Shown here: positions 63,421 to 64,000 of the stretch, one piece after another | How the letters are laid out: each line of letters begins with the position of its first letter | Numbering within the stretch: the first letter of the stretch is position 1 | From: an uncultured cyanobacterium | Lineage (GTDB): Bacteria > Cyanobacteriota > Cyanobacteriia > Cyanobacteriales > Nostocaceae | Length of the DNA stretch: 64,000 bases | Reading direction: 5' to 3' | Assembly: GCA_963740315.1 (NCBI GenBank) | Contig: CAVUDP010000001.1 | Location: forward strand, 864,001-928,000 | Translations under genes and position numbers: made by a program | The notes under the pieces: model-generated | Told to the model about the DNA's origin: nothing | The model's database searches: none | The model's input: the letters and a program-made list of their open reading frames with translations, nothing else

Positions 63421-64000
63421 TCATTCCCTCAACTCATCGAGCGGTAAATATTCGCGTAATGCTTCTAATTCTGCGGCTTTGACTACTGGAATTGATAAGA
63501 CTGGGGGGTTAGTTTGGGGTAAAAATAGTTCTTCTAATTGAACTAAAGCTGATAATCGACCGCATAATAATAGTTGATCGCGGTTTTGTAGTTTGGTTTT
63601 GCCGTTGGGATAGCGAATAAATTTTCCTTCTCGTCGGATTGCCTGTATTTCTACGCTGTGTTGCTGACGTACATTTAAATCTGCAATGGTTTTACCTAAG
63701 ATGGGGGATTCCGAATCGAGTTTTATCCACTGACAAGCGCTGTTTTCTCCGGGTACAGTGGCTTTCCCGGATGCGAATTCGTCTAAGGCGGCTATTTCTT
63801 CGGATGAGCCGACTACTAAAAGCCGATCGCCTTCTTCTAAGATGGTTGCAGCGTCGGGATAATCTATTTCTTCTTTGCTGGTGCGTTGAATTGCCATTAA
63901 GCTAACGCCGGTTAGATAGCGCATATCGGCTTGTTCTAAGGTCATTCCTACTAATGGTGAGTTTGTTGGTAGGGGATACCAGCGTTTGTTTAAGTCGGCT
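63421..64000 (-). CDS. C-terminal TrkA_C (RCK_C) domains, probably of a cation:proton antiporter; runs off window end
   Basis: Two SP.VG.TL...R...GV...AI.R repeats. Confidence 0.85.
   Translation of the reverse strand, partial: ADLNKRWYPLPTNSPLVGMTLEQADMRYLTGVSLMAIQRTSKEEIDYPDAATILEEGDRLLVVGSSEEIAALDEFASGKATVPGENSACQWIKLDSESPILGKTIADLNVRQQHSVEIQAIRREGKFIRYPNGKTKLQNRDQLLLCGRLSALVQLEELFLPQTNPPVLSIPVVKAAELEALREYLPLDELRE

Overview
AT-rich chromosomal DNA of a filamentous cyanobacterium, most likely Nostocales (inferred from frequent HIP1 GCGATCGC, heptamer/octamer STRR tracts, GTAG-type REP/SDR palindromes, chlI, hli and cyanobacterial hfq). Housekeeping genes: argS (3' part), a 7-gene Mrp/Mnh antiporter operon without mrpA, mmsA, ald, hli, alpha carbonic anhydrase, chlI, truB, dapF, hfq. 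Accessory content: two copies of an LRV-repeat + double-NuiA-like gene pair, each with a LexA-like box, flanking the mrp operon (best candidate for an undescribed system). Also a P-loop ATPase + TPR/nSTAND gene pair whose 5' end is frameshifted in a G-rich tract, a tnpB broken by a 5-bp duplication, an orphan antitoxin-like gene beside a toxin remnant, a subtilase with Glu in place of His, two tandem haemagglutinin-like genes with a conserved start-codon hairpin, and many nested MITE/REP insertions, some with visible empty-site equivalents. I found no rRNA, tRNA or CRISPR array. All calls come from reading motifs by eye; no searches were run.
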